Positions 28,471 to 37,822 of a stretch of 64,000 bases of DNA are shown piece by piece. How positions within the stretch are numbered: position 1 is the stretch's first letter; the number at the start of each line of letters is the position of its first letter. The notes under the pieces are model-generated. The model did not search any database. It saw nothing but the letters and a program-made list of their open reading frames with translations, and was not told the origin of the DNA. The stretch is taken from contig CAVYTJ010000023.1 of NCBI GenBank assembly GCA_963771325.1, positions 11,963 through 75,962 on the forward strand, read 5' to 3'. Source of the stretch: an uncultured delta proteobacterium. Its GTDB lineage: Bacteria > Desulfobacterota > Binatia > Binatales > Binataceae. Position numbers and translations under genes: made by a program.

Positions 28471-28930
28471 GCGCGGGCGCCTCGCCGGCTGGTGTGAGCT
28501 CGAACACGGGGTAACGCTCGGCGATCGGCGCGAACTCGGAGGCGGGAGATCCCCGCGGAATTGGAAAGTAGCGCTGCACGGTCAGTGCGAAGCGGTCGAG
28601 ATAAGCCTTGAGCAACTCCGGGCGCTCGGCGGGACCAACCTCGCGCACCGCAAAGTCGTCGGACTGGTGGCCCTTGCGCAACGTGACGCGGCCCGCCGCG
28701 CGAGCATTGCGCACCCAGTTAGTGCCGCCGCGCGGCGCGACCAGGTAACGGCGCCCTCCCGCCTCGAGCAAATCGATAGGCGTCGAAAAAATCCGGCCGC
28801 TTTTGCGCCCCCTGACTTCGACCACGTAGTTGTGCCCCAGGCCGACGCCGAAGCCGATCGCGATCGCGAACAGGCGATTGAAGATGCGTTCGGTCAGGGA
28901 CGGCTTAACGAAATGCTGCGCCTGCGCCAT
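28463..28930 (-). CDS. deazaflavin (F420)-dependent nitroreductase (DDN-like) family protein
   Basis: VEVRGRKSGRIFSTP...YLVAPRGGTNWVRNARAAG, typical of the DDN/PNPOx-like split-barrel family. Confidence 0.8.
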   Translation of the reverse strand: MAQAQHFVKPSLTERIFNRLFAIAIGFGVGLGHNYVVEVRGRKSGRIFSTPIDLLEAGGRRYLVAPRGGTNWVRNARAAGRVTLRKGHQSDDFAVREVGPAERPELLKAYLDRFALTVQRYFPIPRGSPASEFAPIAERYPVFELTPAGEAPARA

Positions 28931-29274
28931 CGAAGACGGCCCTCCCCGGGGGATCGGAGACCGCAAAGGAGCGTTCATTCGTTAGCAGTGGGAGGCGAGG
29001 CTTGCAAACAAATCGCGCCGGCCGCCGCTATGCTCGCGGCTGTCTATGCGGCTCTCGGCAAAGCGATCGTTTGAGAAGACCCTCCGATGCTGCGGCAGAT
29101 CCGCGGCGCGGATTCAATCCGCGAGCCCGGCGAGCAGCTTGATCTTTTCCTTGCTCAGGTGGACCCAAGTCCAAAATTATTTGCGCCTTATACTCTAGGG
29201 GGTATAGTATGAGGGTTACGATGCGCTGATCGAACCCGCCGGCAAGCTGTGCCGCTGACACCTGGCTGACCGAT

Positions 29275-29333
29275 ATTGCACAATTGCCGAAATTGTCAGA
29301 ATTGTCGAAATTGCAAAATTGTGGAGATTGCCC
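29275..29333 (+). repeat. array of about 7 degenerate 9-bp AATTG(Y)C-type repeats abutting the mgtC start
   Basis: attgcac aattgccga aattgtcag aattgtcga aattgcaa aattgtggag attgccc|ATG. Also visible as NCRNCQNCRNC in ORF 29276..29878. Confidence 0.85.
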
Positions 29334-30032
29334 ATGACTCTGACAGAATTCATCGTGCGGCTGATGTTGGCGCAGCTTCTGGGCGCCGCGATCGGAGTCG
29401 AGCGGCAGTGGCACCAGCGGATGGCGGGGCTCAGGACCAACGCCCTGGTCGCGACCGGCGCCGCGCTGTTCGTGATGCTCGGAAGCATGATCGCGGGGGA
29501 ATCCAGCCCCACTCGCGTCGTTTCTTACGTGGTGTCGGGGATCGGATTCATCGGCGGCGGCGTTATTTTGCGCGAGGGCTTCACGGTTCGAGGACTCAAC
29601 ACCGCGGCTACCCTGTGGTGCGCCGCGGCGGTCGGATGCCTGGCCGGATGGGGATTTCTGCCGCAGGCGTCCGTCGCCGCCCTGTCGATCATCGCCGCCA
29701 ATGTCGTACTGCGGCCCGTGGCGATGAGGATAAATCGCCAGCCCCTGCAAAACACCGAGGTGGAGACTCACTATACCTGCTCGGTGGTATGCCGCGGCGA
29801 GGACGAAGCACACGTCCGCACCTTGCTCCTGTACGGCGTGAACAACGCCGCCATGAGGCTCCAGGCACTCGACAGTGAGGACCAGGACGGCAGCAACAAG
29901 GTCCAGGTCCAGGCCAACCTGATCATGGCGGATCGCAACGACACGCTGCTCGAGCAAGTGATAAGCCGGTTGAGCCTGGAACCCGGCGTGAGCGCGGTGA
30001 GCTGGAAAGTCGTCGGCAACGGCACCGCGTAG
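29334..30032 (+). CDS. mgtC: MgtC/SapB family protein
   Basis: LGAAIGVERQWHQRMAGLRTNALVATGAALFVM is the MgtC N-terminal signature. The C-terminal half is an ACT-like soluble domain. Confidence 0.9.
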   Translation: MTLTEFIVRLMLAQLLGAAIGVERQWHQRMAGLRTNALVATGAALFVMLGSMIAGESSPTRVVSYVVSGIGFIGGGVILREGFTVRGLNTAATLWCAAAVGCLAGWGFLPQASVAALSIIAANVVLRPVAMRINRQPLQNTEVETHYTCSVVCRGEDEAHVRTLLLYGVNNAAMRLQALDSEDQDGSNKVQVQANLIMADRNDTLLEQVISRLSLEPGVSAVSWKVVGNGTA

Positions 30033-30100
30033 TATTGGATCATGGTTCGGGCCAGACGATTATTCTGATATTGCTTGTCGTGGTCCGCGCGGAGTCAACC

Positions 30101-30862
30101 ATGAGCCCGACCGCAATCAGCCTGATCGTGTTCCTATGCGTCTTTGGCGGCGCGATGCTCGGGATGTTCCTGCGGGTCGTTCTGCCGGCGCATCATCTGA
30201 ACGCGGATTCCAGGGATGTGGTAAAGGCCGGGATCGGGCTGGTCGCGACGATGGCGGCGCTCGTGCTGGCGCTGCTGATCGCCTCGGCGAAGAGCTCGCA
30301 TGACACGCAGAGCACCGAGATCGTGCAGATGTCGGCCGACTTCATTCAGCTCGACCGCGTGCTGGCCCACTATGGTCCCGAAACCGAAGATGCGCGCGCT
30401 CAGCTCCGCGCCGTCCTCGCTCGCGGAATTGGTCAGACGTGGGTGGGCGGCAAATACCAGTCCGCGAAGCTGGACTCCTCAGAGATAAAAGCTAGCGCGG
30501 ACAGCTTCCTCGAAAAAATCGAACAACTACGACCGGGCAACGATCTTCAGCGGTCGCTTCGCGATCAGGCGATGCAAATCATGGCGGATTTGGGCCGCAC
30601 GCGCTCGCTGCTGATGGAGCAGACGAGCGGCTCGATTCCGATACCGTTCCTGGTCGTGCTGGTTTTCTGGCTGGTGATCATCTTCGTTGGCTTTGGCCTG
30701 TTCGCGCCCGCCAACCCAACTGTGGTCTCCGTTTTGCTCGTGTGCGCGCTGTCGGCCGCCGGCGCAATTTTCCTCATCGTGGAACTGGATCGGCCGCTCG
30801 AAGGGCTGATCCAGATTTCCGACGCGCCGCTGCGCAACGCGCTCGCGCATCTGGGGCAGTAG
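30101..30862 (+). CDS. membrane protein, DUF4239-like (tentative)
   Basis: Two N-terminal and two C-terminal TM helices flank a helical soluble region. The family name comes from architecture only. Confidence 0.55.
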   Translation: MSPTAISLIVFLCVFGGAMLGMFLRVVLPAHHLNADSRDVVKAGIGLVATMAALVLALLIASAKSSHDTQSTEIVQMSADFIQLDRVLAHYGPETEDARAQLRAVLARGIGQTWVGGKYQSAKLDSSEIKASADSFLEKIEQLRPGNDLQRSLRDQAMQIMADLGRTRSLLMEQTSGSIPIPFLVVLVFWLVIIFVGFGLFAPANPTVVSVLLVCALSAAGAIFLIVELDRPLEGLIQISDAPLRNALAHLGQ

Positions 30863-30912
30863 CCTAAACTCGCGCGGCCAATGCTCGAGATCCGGGCGCG
30901 CCGAGCGGCCGG

Positions 30913-31353
30913 CTACCTGCCGAAATTTTCTCGCATGCGGGTAAGCAGGCGGAGCGAAGGCCGCGGCCGGGAAGCCCAGGCAGGTATCTGGATTGGAGCC
31001 ACAGGAGCCACACTGCCGGGCTGATCGCGTCTGCTGTGCGATGGCGGACGTAAAGCCTCGGCACGAGCCATCGCCGCCGATATGAACGCTTCGAGCACCG
31101 GGCACGGGCCTTCGCCGAAGGTATTGAATCGCCGGAGACTTTCTTCGCCGCTTATCGGAACTTGATCTTCGTCGAGGACCGCGACCTTGCTCCCGCAGAC
31201 CAGGAAGCTGGATTTGCATCGGACGCAATAGTAAAGGCGCGCCGCGCGCCCGAACAGATCGCTGTGACGCTGCGGTCCGATCACGAAGTCGTGCCTGAGC
31301 CGCGTCGTCGTAAACCCGTCCTGCAAGCTCGTGCTTTTGCGCCAGAAGTTCAT
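30913..31353 (-). CDS. hypothetical CxxC mini-protein (paralog of 3439..3798)
   Basis: Start set at the ATG just downstream of the predicted -12 element, because the upstream part of ORF 30913..31491 lies in the duplicated non-coding module. Carries the YYCVRCKSSF...GPCP motif. Confidence 0.5.
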   Translation of the reverse strand: MNFWRKSTSLQDGFTTTRLRHDFVIGPQRHSDLFGRAARLYYCVRCKSSFLVCGSKVAVLDEDQVPISGEESLRRFNTFGEGPCPVLEAFISAAMARAEALRPPSHSRRDQPGSVAPVAPIQIPAWASRPRPSLRLLTRMRENFGR

Positions 31354-31360
31354 GATATGG

Positions 31361-31485
31361 CCTAAGCGCAAGTTCCATACCGTGGAGAGATCTTTCAAAA
31401 TCGCAAGCAAAACAGGACGTTTCCGCGCACTATTCATACCCACCTTGCTGCAAAAGGAACGATGCACTGCATTTTGAAATCCCGC
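31361..31485 (-). promoter_or_regulatory. copy 1 of duplicated ~120-bp enhancer-promoter module
   Basis: Aligns without gaps to 37942..38067 (90 of 120 positions identical by hand count). Strongest block: CTGCTGCAAAAGGA.CGA.GCA....ATTTTGAAAT. Confidence 0.7.
31366..31383 (-). promoter_or_regulatory. sigma-54-like -24/-12 element (copy 1)
   Basis: Minus strand acGGTATGGAACTTGCgc, with GG-to-GC spacing as in TGGCAC-N5-TTGC. Conserved in copy 2. Confidence 0.45.
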
Positions 31486-31529
31486 TCCCAACGACCGCTT
31501 TGGTGCTGCATGCGGCGATAGCTAGGGGG

Positions 31530-32582
31530 TCACTTGATGCCCCAGCGCTTTCGTTTGCGCCAGAGCGTAGACACGTTTATCCCAAGGATCGCGGCGGCCT
31601 CATCGAGGGTGCGGCTCTCCGCGAGCACGCGCAGGATGTACTCGCGCTCGCGCTCCTTGAGCCGTGCTCCATTCCCGTTCGAGATGCACACCCCGGACGC
31701 AGCCTTACGAACGGAGTCGGGCAGATCGTCAGGCGCGATCGTGTTCGTGTGCGCCAAGGTCATTGCGCATTCCAGGGCGTTGCGAAGCTCACGGATGTTT
31801 CCAGGCCATCGATAGGCGACGAGCGCCTCAGCCGCGTCCGCAGAGAGAGTAAACGGTCTGCCAGCACTTCTCGAGCGGGCTTGCCTGAGCATCCATTGCG
31901 CAAGCGGAAGGATGTCCTGAATTCTCTCGCGCAAGGGCGGGAGCCTAAAGGTAATTACGTTGAGGCGATAGTAGAGGTCCTCGCGAAAGCGTCCCGCCGC
32001 GACTTCGTCCTCCAGGTTGCGGCTCGTGGCTGCGATCATCCGAACATCCACCCCGATCGCCCGATCGCCGCCGGTCGGTTCGAAACTGCGTTCCTGAACG
32101 AAGCGAAGAAATTGTGCCTGGAGAGCAGGTGTGAGCTCGGCGATCTCGTCGAAAAACACCGTTGCGCCCCGAGCCACCTCGAAGCGGCCGGGCCGATCGT
32201 CCACTGCGCTGGAAGAGGCCCCGCGCACGTGACCGAAGAGCTCACTCTCCAGTCCCTGGTCCGCCACAGTCGTGCAATTGACTACTACGAACGGCCGCTC
32301 GCGCCGAGGGCCCCATCGATGAATCTGTATTGCGAGAACGTCCTTGCCCGTACCGCTTTCTCCCGTGAGCAGTACAGTTGCGTCGCCTGCCGCGGCCCGC
32401 GCCGCGGTCTCCAGAAGCTCGCTCATTTCGGGATTGCGCGATTCGAGAAGCGGCAGGTCCTCGGCCGGCTCCTTCGCAAGCCGCGGCCATACCGTTTCGA
32501 CGCTGTACGATTTTCGAATCTCCATGACTTCGCAAGACTTAGTAAGACTTCGTACTTTCGAAGAAGACCCTGGAGACACCAC
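31530..32582 (-). CDS. sigma-54-interacting-type AAA+ transcriptional activator with a short N-terminus and degenerate GAFTGA
   Basis: Walker A GESGTGKDVLA, Walker B VFFDEI, REDLYYRLNV, WPGNIRELRN, and a C-terminal Fis-type HTH (AAAILGINVSTLWRKRKRWGI). The GAFTGA position reads GASSSA. Only about 60 aa precede the AAA+ core. Confidence 0.85.
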   Translation of the reverse strand: MVSPGSSSKVRSLTKSCEVMEIRKSYSVETVWPRLAKEPAEDLPLLESRNPEMSELLETAARAAAGDATVLLTGESGTGKDVLAIQIHRWGPRRERPFVVVNCTTVADQGLESELFGHVRGASSSAVDDRPGRFEVARGATVFFDEIAELTPALQAQFLRFVQERSFEPTGGDRAIGVDVRMIAATSRNLEDEVAAGRFREDLYYRLNVITFRLPPLRERIQDILPLAQWMLRQARSRSAGRPFTLSADAAEALVAYRWPGNIRELRNALECAMTLAHTNTIAPDDLPDSVRKAASGVCISNGNGARLKEREREYILRVLAESRTLDEAAAILGINVSTLWRKRKRWGIK

Positions 32583-32602
32583 TCGATGTTCGTCGGCGGC
32601 AA

Positions 32603-33622
32603 CTAGCCTGTTGGGGCCCCATAGCGCTTGCGCAATTCGAGGTTGACCCGCAGAACGTTGACCATCCTCTCGCCGAATAGTCCGTTCATCGGCGCATACG
32701 CATCAGTCTGGATGATTGCGTTGATCTCACTGCGGACCTGGGCCGGGTCACGCTTCAGCTCCGTTGCCCACTTCGATGCCACACGGTCAAGCTGATATTG
32801 CGCATTGTCCATCGTGATATCGGGATCCAGACCGGAGCCCGAAGTGGTCACCATGTCGCCGGGAACATTTGCCAGATCGGCATCGGGATGGTCTTGGCGC
32901 CACATATCGAAAAAGATCGACTGTATATCCGAGCCACTAGCTACCGGTGCGATAGAGGTTTGAGTCTTACCGTTTGGCAGTTGCGTCGTGACCTGCGAGG
33001 GGAACTTGCCCGGATTGTCCTTGGAGAAGTTTTCGAAGAACACAACGGCCAGGTCCGAGGCCTGCGGCTGCGGAGTACCCGGATTCTGCTTTATCCAATC
33101 CGTCACTACCGCCTTGTGGCTCTTGGCCCATGCATTGACATATTGGGCGTGCGACGGGTCGGCGCTCACCCAACTTTGCGCGAGCTCGTTATGGTTGTCG
33201 GCCCATTGCGCGACGATATTCGCCTTGCCCTGGTAGCGATCCCGTTGAAACCACGCCTCCACATCGGGCGCGGCCAACTGGCCGGCTTTGGCACCGCTTT
33301 TATACTTGACGATCGGACCCAACATCCGCGCCACGCGATCGCGGAGCAGGTAGTTTGACGCGGCGAGCGTCGATGAGGCGGATGCGGACGCGTCGTATGA
33401 CGCCGCCGAAGGCCGCGGCCAAAAGTATTCATCCTTGGTGAATGGCTGCGCAATCAGCAGCGAGCCGACCTGTTTGCCGTCCGGTCCGGTAACCATGCTC
33501 CCGTTGGCGGTAAACGGAAAGAAAGTCTGTCCAATCGCCCATACCGCCAAAGGATAGATCAGGCAGCAGACGACCACCGACGAGCCCAACAACCAGAGAC
33601 TCTTTGTTATGTAAGTTCGCAT
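32603..33622 (-). CDS. kdpC: K+-transporting ATPase subunit C, long form
   Basis: N-terminal TM helix plus YPLAVWAIGQTFFPFTANGS...GSLLIAQPF...YFWPRPSA, and C-terminal TSGSGLDPDIT...VNVLRVNLEL KdpC motifs. A large insert separates them. Confidence 0.85.
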   Translation of the reverse strand: MRTYITKSLWLLGSSVVVCCLIYPLAVWAIGQTFFPFTANGSMVTGPDGKQVGSLLIAQPFTKDEYFWPRPSAASYDASASASSTLAASNYLLRDRVARMLGPIVKYKSGAKAGQLAAPDVEAWFQRDRYQGKANIVAQWADNHNELAQSWVSADPSHAQYVNAWAKSHKAVVTDWIKQNPGTPQPQASDLAVVFFENFSKDNPGKFPSQVTTQLPNGKTQTSIAPVASGSDIQSIFFDMWRQDHPDADLANVPGDMVTTSGSGLDPDITMDNAQYQLDRVASKWATELKRDPAQVRSEINAIIQTDAYAPMNGLFGERMVNVLRVNLELRKRYGAPTG

Positions 33623-33650
33623 CGCTTGTTGTCCTCTAAAAAACCGATCG

Positions 33651-35822
33651 TCACGCAACCATGTGCATCGCGGTCAGAACGACGTCGATGAGCTTTATTC
33701 CAATGAAAGGAAGAACTACGCCGCCGAGGCCCCAGACCAGAAGGTTCTTGCGCAGTAGCGCATCGGCGCCGAGCGGCCGGTACCTGACCCCTTTAAGCGC
33801 GACCGGAATCAAAGCCGGAATGATGAGCGCGTTGAAGATTACCGCCGACAGTATTGCGGAGGTCGGCGAATGCAGATTCATCACGTCCATCGCCTTGAGC
33901 CACGGCAGAGTGCCGGCAAAGAGCGCGGGGACGATCGCGAAATACTTGGCGACGTCGTTGGCCACGGAAAATGTCGTCAGCGCGCCGCGCGTCATCAATA
34001 GCTGTTTGCCGATCTCGACGACCTCGATAAGCTTGGTCGGGTCGGAATCGAGGTCGACCATGTTGCCGGCTTCCTTCGCCGCCTGCGTCCCCGAATTCAT
34101 CGCCAGACCCACGTCGGCCTGGGCAAGCGCCGGCGCGTCATTGGTGCCGTCACCCATCATCGCGACCAGTTTGCCCTCGCCCTGTTCCTTGCGGATGTAC
34201 GCGAGCTTGGATTCGGGCGTGGCCTGCGCGACAAAGTCGTCGACGCCGGCCTGCTTGGCGATCGTCGCCGCAGTCAGCGGATTGTCGCCGGTGATCATCA
34301 CGGTTCTGAGACCCATCATGCGCAGCCGCTCGAAGCGCTCGCTCATTCCGACCTTCAAAATGTCTTCGAGGACGACGACGCCGGCGATCTTGGAATTCTC
34401 CGCCACCACCAGTGGCGTCGCGCCTTTCGAGGCAACCGCGTCGACCACCTGCTCGAGACCGCCCGGAATCTCGCCATTGCTCTGCCGGATGAAAGCGATA
34501 ACCGCATCCGGCGCACCTTTGCGGATGCGTCTCCCGTCGGGAAAATCCACCCCGCTCATCCTGGTCTGCGCACTGAACGCGATGACCTGTACGTCGCTCG
34601 GCGCGCTCAACTCCCTGCCGCCGACTCCCACCGCCTGCGCCGCGATGACGATACTTTTGCCCTCGGGCGTCTCGTCGGCGACCGAAGCGAGCGCGGCAAG
34701 CGCCGCCAGCTTGAGTTGCGAGTAGAGGCCCACCGGTTTGAAGTCGGTGGCGTGGCGATTGCCCACGGTGATCGTGCCCGTTTTGTCGAGCAGTACGGTA
34801 TCGATATCCCCAGCCGTCTCAACCGCCTTGCCGCTCTTCGCGATGATGTTGGCCTGGAGCGCGCGATCCATGCCTGCGATTCCGATTGCGGCGAGCAACG
34901 CTCCGATCGTGGTCGGAATCAGACAGACCAGCAGCGCGACCAGGGTCGGGACGTCCGTGCCGAGGCTTTTCACGGGCTCTGAGAGCCCCAGGTAGCTCAT
35001 CATGTACTGTTCGGCGTTCCAGGCCATCGGCCATATCGGCAGGACAACGATCAGGAAGGCCAGGGTCAGGCCGGACAGCACCAAGGTCAGCGCGATCTCG
35101 TTTGGGGTCTTTTGGCGAACGGCGCCTTCGACGAGCGCGATCATGCGATCGAGGAAGCTCTGCCCCGGAAGTGCGGTAATCTTCACCACGATGCGATCGG
35201 AGATGACCCTTGTTCCGCCGGTGACTCCGGAGCGATCGCCGCCGGCCTCGCGAATAACCGGCGCCGATTCGCCGGTGATTGCCGATTCGTCAACCGACGC
35301 GATCCCGTCGACTATTTCTCCGTCGCTCGGGATGATCTGTCCCGCCGTAACCACGACGCGGTCGCCCGGCCTGAGCTCGGTCGAAGGTACCTCTTCGATC
35401 GTATCGCCCTTTTTGAGGCGGTAGGCGGGAGTCTCGCTGCGGGTCTTACGCAGCGATTCGGCCTGGGCCTTGCCGCGTGCCTCGGCCAGCGCCGTCGCGA
35501 AGTTGGCAAAGAGCACCGTGAGAAATAGCCAGAAATCTAGCGCGATGAAGTAGGTAATCGGCACCTGGCTTGCGGCCGTGCTGACCGCCGCCTGAATAAT
35601 GAACAGCAGCGTGAGCACCGCGCCGATCTCCACCACGAACATCACCGGATTGCTCCACTGGATATCCGGACGGAGCATCACGAACGACTGTATCAACGAT
35701 TCACGCACCAGTTCCGGTTCAAATAGCCTGCGGCTCTTTACCCGCCGCGGCGGACGCGGATGCTCCGGCGCCTGAATCGTGCGTACTGGTTGTGCGGCTG
35801 CTCCCATTTTCGCGCCCTCCAA
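33651..35822 (-). CDS. kdpB: K+-transporting P-type ATPase subunit B
   Basis: DKTGTIT phosphorylation motif, [16 protein letters not shown], and a KdpB-like N-terminus ([11 protein letters not shown]...[11 protein letters not shown]). Confidence 0.95.
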   Translation of the reverse strand: MEGAKMGAAAQPVRTIQAPEHPRPPRRVKSRRLFEPELVRESLIQSFVMLRPDIQWSNPVMFVVEIGAVLTLLFIIQAAVSTAASQVPITYFIALDFWLFLTVLFANFATALAEARGKAQAESLRKTRSETPAYRLKKGDTIEEVPSTELRPGDRVVVTAGQIIPSDGEIVDGIASVDESAITGESAPVIREAGGDRSGVTGGTRVISDRIVVKITALPGQSFLDRMIALVEGAVRQKTPNEIALTLVLSGLTLAFLIVVLPIWPMAWNAEQYMMSYLGLSEPVKSLGTDVPTLVALLVCLIPTTIGALLAAIGIAGMDRALQANIIAKSGKAVETAGDIDTVLLDKTGTITVGNRHATDFKPVGLYSQLKLAALAALASVADETPEGKSIVIAAQAVGVGGRELSAPSDVQVIAFSAQTRMSGVDFPDGRRIRKGAPDAVIAFIRQSNGEIPGGLEQVVDAVASKGATPLVVAENSKIAGVVVLEDILKVGMSERFERLRMMGLRTVMITGDNPLTAATIAKQAGVDDFVAQATPESKLAYIRKEQGEGKLVAMMGDGTNDAPALAQADVGLAMNSGTQAAKEAGNMVDLDSDPTKLIEVVEIGKQLLMTRGALTTFSVANDVAKYFAIVPALFAGTLPWLKAMDVMNLHSPTSAILSAVIFNALIIPALIPVALKGVRYRPLGADALLRKNLLVWGLGGVVLPFIGIKLIDVVLTAMHMVA

Positions 35823-35876
35823 ATATTTCGACCCATGGAACCGAACTTCCCTTCCTGGCTTTGGCCAACGATACGG

Positions 35877-37694
35877 CTATCCGCCGAAAGGAATCGGCCC
35901 CAAATGCTCGGCCAGCGGTCCCAGTGCGGCCACCGGCAGGAATAACAACGCGCCGACGATTACGATCGTGCCGAACAGTAGACAGCCGAAGGTGAAGGTA
36001 TCGTCGCGCAAGGTTCCCAGTCCGAACGGAGTTTTCTTTTTCATGCCGAGAAACGCCGCCATCGCGATCGGCGCCACGATCGGCAGATAGCGCCCGAACA
36101 GGATGACCAGGCCGCCGCCGATGTCCCATGGAACCGCTTCGGGCGATGGACTGGGATTGTTGTTCAGGCCATAGCTCACACCCAGGCCGTCGAAAGCGGA
36201 GCCGTTGTTAGCCGACGATGACGAGAACTGGTAAACGATCTCCGACAGTCCGTGCGCGGCCGGGTTGTTCTCCGCCTTGATTCCCCAGTTGGTCGCCGCA
36301 TAAAGGCCCGACGGTTCCAGAATTAGAAATGGATGGACCAGCAGCGCGATCATCGCGAGCGTCATCTCGCGCCCGCCGATTTTCCTGCCCAGGTATTCGG
36401 GCGTGCGCCCCACCATCTGTCCTGCCAGGAAGATGCCGATGATCAGGAACAGCAGCAGGTTGATCATGCCGACGCCCTTGCCGCCGTAGATGCAGTTCAG
36501 CCACATCCCCACGAACGGCGACAGCCCTGCGATTGGGTTCAGGCTGTCATGCTCGCAGTTGATGGCCCCGCAGGTCACATCAACCGTGGCCGCGGCGAAA
36601 GTCGCAGCCGCGGAGGTCCCGAAGCGCAACTCCTTGCCCTCGAGGTTGCCGAGATGCTGATCGACCGGCAATCCGGCCACGGCCGGCAGGGTTATCACGC
36701 GCTTGCCGCCGGGCGCGGTAGCGCTCGCGATCTCGAAAGTTCGGCTCTGCGGATGAGCGGTCAGGCCCGGGTTCGGTTTGAGCGTGTCGAAGTAAATCGC
36801 CCACACGACAGTGCCGATCAACAACAGCAGCATCACCGAGAATATGACCATCGCGTGGCGGAACCGCCCGAGCATCCGGCCGAACATCAGCACCAGCGCC
36901 ATCGGAAACAGCATCATGCAAAAAGTTTCGAAGAAGTTCGTGGCCGCGCTGGGGTTTTCGAACGGATGCGCCGAGTTCATGCCGAAAAAGCCGCCGCCGT
37001 TAGTGCCCATCATTTTCATCGGGACGAAGGCGGCCAGCGGTCCAATCACGATAGTCTGTTGTTTCGGCTGACCGTTGTCCGCCGTTCCCATCGCTGCCGG
37101 TTCGAGGGTCGAGACCTGGTAGTCGTTCTGGTAGGTCATCGGCATGCCCTGCGCCAGGAACACCAGGCTGATCACGAAAGCCGCGGGCAGGAACATGTAA
37201 ACGACTACGCGCCACATATCGACAAAGAAGTTGCCGAGCGCCAAGTCGCCGCGAAGCGCGCGGATGATTGCCGCAAGCGCACACAACCCGACCGAGGCGG
37301 AAAGAAAAAAGTTCGCTATGCAGAAGAAAATCTGGCTGAAATTCGAGAACGCCACGTCGCCGGAGTAGTGCTGCATGTTGGTGTTGGTGATGAACGAGAT
37401 CACGGTATGGAACACCGTGGTCGGCGCCAGCATGCCGAGACCCCGCGGATTCAGCGGCATCCGCGGTTGCAGCGACAGCACGATATAGCCGTAAACGAAG
37501 AGCACGATGTTGAAGGCAAGCAGCGCGACCGTGTACTGCTTCCAGTTCTGCGGGCCGCTATCCAGGCGTTTCTCGAACCATCGCAGCACTCCCGGCGCCC
37601 GGTACTTGCCGTCCATGATCTTCGCCATGTAGCGGCTCAGTGGAACGGCAATGATGATCGTAAAAACAATTATGGAAATAGGCAGAAGCCACAT
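35877..37694 (-). CDS. kdpA: K+-transporting ATPase subunit A
   Basis: 605-aa polytopic protein with KdpA selectivity-filter-like repeats (NTNMQHYSG, GTNGGGFF, SSSANNGSAF). Confidence 0.95.
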   Translation of the reverse strand: MWLLPISIIVFTIIIAVPLSRYMAKIMDGKYRAPGVLRWFEKRLDSGPQNWKQYTVALLAFNIVLFVYGYIVLSLQPRMPLNPRGLGMLAPTTVFHTVISFITNTNMQHYSGDVAFSNFSQIFFCIANFFLSASVGLCALAAIIRALRGDLALGNFFVDMWRVVVYMFLPAAFVISLVFLAQGMPMTYQNDYQVSTLEPAAMGTADNGQPKQQTIVIGPLAAFVPMKMMGTNGGGFFGMNSAHPFENPSAATNFFETFCMMLFPMALVLMFGRMLGRFRHAMVIFSVMLLLLIGTVVWAIYFDTLKPNPGLTAHPQSRTFEIASATAPGGKRVITLPAVAGLPVDQHLGNLEGKELRFGTSAAATFAAATVDVTCGAINCEHDSLNPIAGLSPFVGMWLNCIYGGKGVGMINLLLFLIIGIFLAGQMVGRTPEYLGRKIGGREMTLAMIALLVHPFLILEPSGLYAATNWGIKAENNPAAHGLSEIVYQFSSSSANNGSAFDGLGVSYGLNNNPSPSPEAVPWDIGGGLVILFGRYLPIVAPIAMAAFLGMKKKTPFGLGTLRDDTFTFGCLLFGTIVIVGALLFLPVAALGPLAEHLGPIPFGG

Positions 37695-37731
37695 GGTTTA
37701 ATATCCTCTTCGATTGGCGCTGGATTTGTGG

Positions 37732-37812
37732 CTAGAACCACTCCGGCCGAATCATCGCGGTCACCAGGTAGACGAACGCCAAAGCCGTGACGATGGCTGT
37801 GAAATAGATCAC
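37732..37812 (-). CDS. kdpF: K+-transporting ATPase subunit F (26 aa, GTG start)
   Basis: VIYFTAIVTALAFVYLVTAMIRPEWF: a single TM helix ending in the KdpF-type YL...A(L/M)xRPExF motif. GGAGGG lies 5 nt upstream. Below the ORF-track size cut-off. Confidence 0.75.
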   Translation of the reverse strand: MIYFTAIVTALAFVYLVTAMIRPEWF

Positions 37813-37822
37813 GACACCCTCC

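Noticed and set aside
29275-29333. Possible CRISPR-like or minisatellite arrays (the AATTG array; also 63697..63735 and 49129..49188).
   Set aside because: The units are 9-13 nt with no spacers and no cas genes. These are simple tandem repeats or binding-site arrays, not CRISPR.
31354-31491. A conserved peptide (RSFCS.V.MN...NLRLG) apparently encoded by both copies of the duplicated module (also ORF 37809..38048).
   Set aside because: Differences between the copies are not concentrated at third codon positions: about 6 synonymous versus about 13 non-synonymous changes by hand count. In copy 2 the frame runs on across the kdp micro-ORFs in a different frame. Gap-free conservation is better explained by enhancer-promoter spacing.
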